45,880 nt of DNA. Source: a virus. A program made the position numbers and the translations under genes. The stretch lies in the IMG/VR virus record IMGVR_UViG_3300045988_094522; one strand, written 5' to 3'. Below the pieces are notes generated by a model. That model searched no databases, was not told the DNA's origin, and worked only from the letters and a program-made list of their open reading frames with translations. Positions 41,598-45,880 of this stretch are shown here, in pieces. Position 1 is the first letter of the stretch. Every line of letters begins with the position of its first letter.

Positions 41598-42797
41598 ATG
41601 GTAAATACTAAACACGACACAGGCGGTTACGACCGCTCCTGTTATCAGCGTGAGATATTTGACGGCAATGCGTTGTATGACGCTTACATAAAAGCAAAGA
41701 AAGGGAGTGACTGGAAACCGCAGGTACAGAAGTTTGAAATGACCTACCTTTTATCGCTGGCAAAAGTCCAGCAGGATTTAAAGGATGAAACCTACGAATT
41801 TTTACCCGGAACACGCTTTATTATCAATGAACGTGGCAAGACCAGATGTATTACTGGTGAACAAATACAGGATAGAGTGGTGAAACACGTTTTATGTGAT
41901 GAAGTAATAACCCCAGCAATACGCAAACACCTCATTTACGATAACGGCGCAAGCCTTGAGGGTAAGGGAATTGCATTTACCAGGCGCAGGCTGGAAACCC
42001 ACCTGCACAGGTTTTACAGCAAACATGGTTCCAATGATGGATATATCCTTTTGATAGATTTTTCAAAATACTATGACAATATCCAGCATGACGTTCTGAT
42101 GAAACTGTTTTCAAAGTATATCACGGACGGAAGGGCTTTACGTTTGCTACAGCGGATTATTGACCGGGAGAAGATAGATGTTTCCTACATGACGGATGAA
42201 GAATACGCCCACTGTATGGAAATGGTATTCAATTCCCTTGAGTATGAGAAAATTGACAGGCGGCTGCTGACGGGCGAAAAGTTCATGCGAAAGCATTTGA
42301 ACATTGGAGACCAGGTAGCGCAGGACGCAGGGATAGCCTATCGAATACCGATAGACAACTTTGTGAAGATTGTCAAAGGGGTAAAATTCTATGGTGCGTA
42401 TATGGATGACAGTTACGCAATCCATGAGAGTAAAGAGTTCTTACAAGACCTGCTCTCAGAAATTATTGAGATTGCAAAAGGGATTGGTATTACCGTGAAT
42501 GTGAGAAAGACCAGAATATGCAAACTGTCTGAAATGTGGAGGTTTCTTCAAGTGCAATACTCTCTGACGGAGACTGGCAGGGTGATACATAAAATCAACC
42601 CGAAAAGACTTACGGTTATGAGACGGAAATTGAAGAAGCTGGCGGGGAGACTTCCCGAAAAGGAATTTTACAATCTGTACCATTCGTGGATGGAAAATCA
42701 CTACCGAATTATGAGCAGGCAACAGAGGGCAAATATGAATGACCTCTACAATAAGTTAAAGGAGGAACATTACCATGTACAAACTGATTTTGGCTGA
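41598..42797 (+). CDS. DGR reverse transcriptase
   Basis: RGKTRCITG, LLIDFSKYYDNIQH (motif A), LNIGDQVAQ (compare DGR [ILV]GxxxSQ), YGAYMDDSYAI (YxDD) and ITVNVRKTRI. The start may be TTG 41586. Confidence 0.85.
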   Translation: MVNTKHDTGGYDRSCYQREIFDGNALYDAYIKAKKGSDWKPQVQKFEMTYLLSLAKVQQDLKDETYEFLPGTRFIINERGKTRCITGEQIQDRVVKHVLCDEVITPAIRKHLIYDNGASLEGKGIAFTRRRLETHLHRFYSKHGSNDGYILLIDFSKYYDNIQHDVLMKLFSKYITDGRALRLLQRIIDREKIDVSYMTDEEYAHCMEMVFNSLEYEKIDRRLLTGEKFMRKHLNIGDQVAQDAGIAYRIPIDNFVKIVKGVKFYGAYMDDSYAIHESKEFLQDLLSEIIEIAKGIGITVNVRKTRICKLSEMWRFLQVQYSLTETGRVIHKINPKRLTVMRRKLKKLAGRLPEKEFYNLYHSWMENHYRIMSRQQRANMNDLYNKLKEEHYHVQTDFG

Positions 42798-43092
42798 TGG
42801 GACTGAACTGACAGGGTTCACAAAGAATGGTGACAACTATATCCGCAAGGAGAAGGTGGACGAGAGTGTTTTTAAGGACAATCTTTCCACGCTTGAGATT
42901 ACGGATGGTGAGGAAACTATCACCATGCACAATGCTGAACTCATTCAGCAGGTGGAGGACGCAGACGGCTTTCATATCTGTTTCAGAGAACTCTCTGCAC
43001 AGGAATTGCAGAATAAAGTTACAGAAAGCAATGTAACCGATATTCAGGTTGCTCTTGCTGAACTTTATGAAATGATAGTGGGAGGTGTGTAA
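42775..43092 (+). CDS. Hypothetical protein (105 aa)
   Basis: Strong RBS. Overlaps the RT 3' end by 23 nt. Confidence 0.55.
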   Translation: MYKLILADGTELTGFTKNGDNYIRKEKVDESVFKDNLSTLEITDGEETITMHNAELIQQVEDADGFHICFRELSAQELQNKVTESNVTDIQVALAELYEMIVGGV

Positions 43093-43093
43093 A

Positions 43094-43198
43094 ATGGAAA
43101 AGATTTATGTCGCTCTTATTCGCAAGGGGATAAAAACTATTGATGACGTTCCCGAACAAATTCGTGCAGAAGTCAAGAAATTATTGAAGGAGCAGTAA
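43094..43198 (+). CDS. Small phage protein (34 aa), paralog A
   Basis: MEKIYVALIRKGIKTIDDVPEQIRAEVKKLLKEQ. Confidence 0.5.
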   Translation: MEKIYVALIRKGIKTIDDVPEQIRAEVKKLLKEQ

Positions 43199-43259
43199 TA
43201 TGTTTCTCAATATTTTTGGCAATCTATTTGTTTTTGTGAGAAGAAAGGAGGTGGAACGC

Positions 43260-43388
43260 ATGGCTGTTATTTATGTCGCTCTTATTGTTAAGGGCAAGCG
43301 TACTTTTGATAGTGTTCCTGAGACTATCAAAGACCAGGTTAAGGAGTTACTGATTGACCTGGAACTGGAAACCCTCATGGGTGAGTAA
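43260..43388 (+). CDS. Small phage protein (42 aa), paralog B
   Basis: ATG follows AAAGGAGG. MAVIYVALIVKGKRTFDSVPETIKDQVKELLIDLELETLMGE. Confidence 0.55.
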   Translation: MAVIYVALIVKGKRTFDSVPETIKDQVKELLIDLELETLMGE

Positions 43389-43467
43389 ACTACAGGATTT
43401 TGGAGGGGGGAGTGAATATGTTTACTTCATTTCCCTTTCCGAAAGGTAAATCACATAATGGAAGAAG

Positions 43468-43782
43468 GTGGTTCCAGTGGAACAGTTTTTAATGCAGACG
43501 TACACTATTGCGTTACCGATTGTGCTTACGGCTCTTATGGGGTACATAGTCTTTTTGCTGAAAAATCAGAAGAAAGACAGGGACGCAAACAGCAAAGGTA
43601 CTATGCTGCTTCTGCGGGTACAGTTGATTGAGTATCATGCTGAATGGAAAGCGAGAGGTTATGTGACGAAACATGGCTTGCAGAATTTCCTTGAAATGTA
43701 TGACGCTTATCATGCGCTTGGTGGAAACGGTATGGTGACAGAACTTCTGAACGAAGTGAAGGAACTGCCCATTAAGGGGTGA
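43468..43782 (+). CDS. Single-TM membrane protein in the lysis module (function unknown; start uncertain)
   Basis: TM segment YTIALPIVLTALMGYIVFLL followed by KNQKKDRD. Alternative starts at 43477 and 43492. Confidence 0.45.
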   Translation: MVPVEQFLMQTYTIALPIVLTALMGYIVFLLKNQKKDRDANSKGTMLLLRVQLIEYHAEWKARGYVTKHGLQNFLEMYDAYHALGGNGMVTELLNEVKELPIKG

Positions 43783-43820
43783 GAATATTGAAACCAGGAC
43801 AACGGTTCTGGATGGCTCAA

Positions 43821-43859
43821 TGGGGCTAAGGGTGAGATACCTTTAGCCCCTTAATTTTT
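43821..43859 (+). terminator. Rho-independent terminator upstream of the holin gene
   Basis: ggggctaagg-gtgagata-cctttagcccc followed by ttaatttttt. Confidence 0.65.
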
Positions 43860-43876
43860 TAAAGGAGGTATTTACC

Positions 43877-44146
43877 ATGACGAACATTAACTGGATTGTA
43901 CGAATTAAGAACAAGAACTTCTGGCTGACTATTATCCCGGCTCTGCTTCTGCTTGTGCAGGTTGTGGCGGCACTCTTTGGCTTCACGCTTGACCTGGGAG
44001 ACCTGGGAAACAAGCTGATTGATGTGGTCAATGCACTGTTCGTGGTTCTGGCTATCCTTGGTGTTGTGACCGACCCGACCACGGAAGGTGTAGCCGACTC
44101 TACGCAGGCACTTACTTACACTGAGCCGAAAAAGAAGGGAGAATAA
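43877..44146 (+). CDS. Holin (phi LC3-family-like)
   Basis: NWIVRIKNKNFWLTIIPALLLLVQ...VLAILGVVTDPTTEGVADSTQALTYTEP. Confidence 0.75.
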   Translation: MTNINWIVRIKNKNFWLTIIPALLLLVQVVAALFGFTLDLGDLGNKLIDVVNALFVVLAILGVVTDPTTEGVADSTQALTYTEPKKKGE

Positions 44147-44148
44147 TT

Positions 44149-45714
44149 ATGAGCAACAGTTCTTTGGTAGATTGCACTGTTAAAAGCCCGAACCATAGCG
44201 GTGCAAGAACCCATTCCATTGACCGTATCACGCCCCACTGTGTAGTGGGGCAGCTTACGGCAGAAAGTATTGGTGGGTGCTTCACAAGCACTTCCCGGCA
44301 GGCAAGCTGTAATTATGGTATCGGCAAAGACGGCAGAGTGGTTCTGTGTGTGGATGAAGGGAATAGAAGCTGGTGTTCTTCCAGCAATGCGAATGACCAG
44401 AGGGCGGTCACGATTGAATGTGCGTCCGACCTCAATCACCCGTATGCCATGAACAATGCCGTTTACCAGAAACTTATTGCGCTCTGTGTGGATATTTGCA
44501 AGCGCAACGGCAAGACGAAGTTGATTTGGCTGGGTGACAAGAATAAGACCCTTGCTTATGAGCCGAAAGCAGGTGAAATGATGCTTACCGTCCACCGCTG
44601 GTTTGCGAATAAGGCTTGCCCCGGAGATTGGCTTTACAACTGTCTGGGAGACCTTGCGGCGGCTGTTACGGAAAAGCTGGGCGGCACGTCCTCCACTGAC
44701 ACTTCTGGCTTGCAGGCTACTTCCCTGAAAGATATGGAGAACGCCGACATTATCAAGAGGATTGGCAGTTTGTTCACGGCTGACCAGAAGAACAGCGGCG
44801 TTCTGGCTTCTGTGTCTCTGGCACAGTTTATCCTTGAGTCTGGGTATGGTAAGTCCGAACTGGCTCAGAACGCCAACAACTGCTTTGGTATGAAATGCAG
44901 TCTGTCCGGGAATACCTGGGGCGGCTCTACTTGGGATGGCACAAGCAAGTATACGAAGAAAACGCAGGAATATGAGAACGGGCAGTATGTAACTGTCACG
45001 GCTGACTTCCGCAAGTATTCCAGCGTGGAACAGTCCATTGCTGACCATTCCGCATATCTGCTTGGTGCTATGAACGGCAGCAAGAAACGCTATGACGGTC
45101 TGAAAGGCTGTACTGACTACAAAAAGGCAGTCCAGATTATCAAGGACGGCGGCTACGCTACCTCCCCGGATTATGTGGAGAAAATCTGCAATATCATTGA
45201 GACCTGGAACCTGACTGCCTATGACGCTGCGGAAAGCACAGGCGGTGCAAGCGGTACGTTCCCAGATGTTCCTTTTACCGTAAAGGTCATCATTAACGAT
45301 TTGAACTACCGCTCTGAACCGTCCATGAGCGGCAAGGTGAAGGGGCAGACTGGCAAGGGTGTGTTTACCATTGTTGAGGTCAAAGACGGCTGGGGACGGC
45401 TTAAATCTGGCGCAGGCTGGATTTATCTGCTCAACCCGTCTTACTGCACTGTCAACGACTCTGCTTCTTCTGGCAGTACGGCAAGTGCTGTTCCGTATAT
45501 GGTGCGTGTCAAGGTTTCTGATTTGCGTATTCGTAAGGGCGCAGGCACGAACTATGCGGCTACTGGCTCTTATACGGGTAAGGGTGTATTCACCATTGTT
45601 GAGGAAGCGCAGGGGCAGATTGACAGCGCAGGTAACAAGGGTCTCTGGGGCAAGCTGAAAAGCGGCGCAGGCTGGATTTGCCTTGCTTATGACAGCTATA
45701 CCGAAAAGGTCTAA
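44149..45714 (+). CDS. Endolysin: N-acetylmuramoyl-L-alanine amidase + glucosaminidase + 2 SH3b repeats
   Basis: Amidase_2-like N-terminus (ITPHCVVGQ...NDQRAVTIECASD...HRWFANKACPG). LAQFILESGYGKSELAQNANNCFGMK. Two copies of GKGVFTIVE...G(R/K)LKSGAGWI. Confidence 0.85.
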   Translation: MSNSSLVDCTVKSPNHSGARTHSIDRITPHCVVGQLTAESIGGCFTSTSRQASCNYGIGKDGRVVLCVDEGNRSWCSSSNANDQRAVTIECASDLNHPYAMNNAVYQKLIALCVDICKRNGKTKLIWLGDKNKTLAYEPKAGEMMLTVHRWFANKACPGDWLYNCLGDLAAAVTEKLGGTSSTDTSGLQATSLKDMENADIIKRIGSLFTADQKNSGVLASVSLAQFILESGYGKSELAQNANNCFGMKCSLSGNTWGGSTWDGTSKYTKKTQEYENGQYVTVTADFRKYSSVEQSIADHSAYLLGAMNGSKKRYDGLKGCTDYKKAVQIIKDGGYATSPDYVEKICNIIETWNLTAYDAAESTGGASGTFPDVPFTVKVIINDLNYRSEPSMSGKVKGQTGKGVFTIVEVKDGWGRLKSGAGWIYLLNPSYCTVNDSASSGSTASAVPYMVRVKVSDLRIRKGAGTNYAATGSYTGKGVFTIVEEAQGQIDSAGNKGLWGKLKSGAGWICLAYDSYTEKV

Positions 45715-45880
45715 AATCGCTGATAACGCTTAATCTGCGGGCATACAAAGGTATGAATGACAAGGTTTCCGTGAATTGTCGGATTTGCACTCATACCTGG
45801 TGCATTGCCCGTGAAATCCGACAACGTACCGTCTTTTGTAAGGCGGTACGTTTTTGTCGGTAAAGAGGTAAGATTATAAG
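45711..45880 (-). CDS. int: 3' end of the serine recombinase gene (continuation of 1-1490; 45796-45880 duplicates 1-85)
   Basis: The frame is kept across the junction: ...DFTGNAPG-MSANPTIHGNLVIHTFVCPQIKRYQRF-stop. The stop codon (45713-45711) overlaps the endolysin stop (45712-45714). Total length 524 aa. Confidence 0.8.
   Translation of the reverse strand, partial: YNLTSLPTKTYRLTKDGTLSDFTGNAPGMSANPTIHGNLVIHTFVCPQIKRYQRF
45796..45880. repeat. 85-bp exact terminal direct repeat, copy 2
   Basis: Identical to 1-85. Confidence 0.95.
45823..45855 (+). terminator. Hairpin + T-run downstream of the endolysin gene (also present as 28-60)
   Basis: aacgtaccg-tcttttgtaagg-cggtacgtt overlapping ttttt. 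Lies inside the antisense int coding tail. Confidence 0.5.

Larger units (their letters stand above)
39968..42797 (+). mobile_element. Diversity-generating retroelement cassette (target/VR1, avd-like, TR, RT)
   Basis: See the component features. TR/VR mismatches are restricted to TR adenines. Confidence 0.9.
1..45880. mobile_element. Complete temperate siphovirus-type phage genome, circular assembly (unique length 45,795 bp)
   Basis: Lysogeny, replication, packaging, head, tail, DGR and lysis modules are all present. Bases 1-85 equal 45796-45880 and the integrase ORF reads across that junction. Confidence 0.85.

Noticed and set aside
43389-43467. 24-aa ORF (ATG 43419) behind a strong GGAGGGGGG RBS upstream of the membrane-protein gene
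   Set aside because: It is too short and in a different frame from the 104-aa ORF. It could be a leader peptide, but there is no supporting evidence in the sequence.

Overview
This window is a complete, circularly assembled genome of a temperate, siphovirus-type dsDNA phage. Bases 1-85 are identical to 45796-45880, so the unique length is 45,795 bp. The host is probably an anaerobic Gram-positive (Clostridia-like) bacterium: strong GGAGG ribosome-binding sites, class III ribonucleotide reductase, and an amidase/glucosaminidase/SH3b endolysin.

Gene order:
- Lysogeny module on the minus strand: a large serine recombinase whose ORF is split by the linearisation point, plus an XRE/CI-like repressor, with face-to-face switch promoters.
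- Early rightward operon: Cro-like protein, RecU/Hjc-like resolvase, SF2 helicase, family-B DNA polymerase, DUF2829/Tad2-like protein, Erf + YqaJ-type exonuclease, a frameshifted C5-methyltransferase, HD and MazG hydrolases, NrdG/NrdD, prim-pol and a P4/D5-type SF3 helicase.
- terS, then a 3.9-kb accessory island: a reverse-strand operon ending in an FtsK-like ATPase, an HTH regulator, a BRO-N protein and a lipoprotein.
- terL, portal, MuF-like protein, scaffold, capsid, connectors, tail tube, chaperone with a -1 frameshift, tape measure and tail tip proteins.
- A diversity-generating retroelement (DGR), then holin and endolysin.

The most interesting feature is the DGR. One 90-bp template repeat (TR) matches two variable regions (VRs), with mismatches almost exclusively at TR adenines. 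VR1 lies in a tail-fibre-like gene next to avd/TR/RT. VR2 lies in a small, signal-peptide-less paralogous gene in the immediate-early operon just after cro. Both VRs are followed by the same TTAATCTA + GC-hairpin element, which the TR lacks.

Other items worth a second look:
- the FtsK-like island with its phased GTATAG repeats, its ~90-bp quasi-palindromic flanking elements and a GC-rich structured spacer;
- a C5-methyltransferase broken at a G7 tract;
- an otherwise intact lipoprotein gene with one in-frame TGA;
- a tandem DUF2829 (Tad2-like) protein.

All calls come from reading the sequence and remembering family motifs. No database search was run, so I cannot establish novelty.
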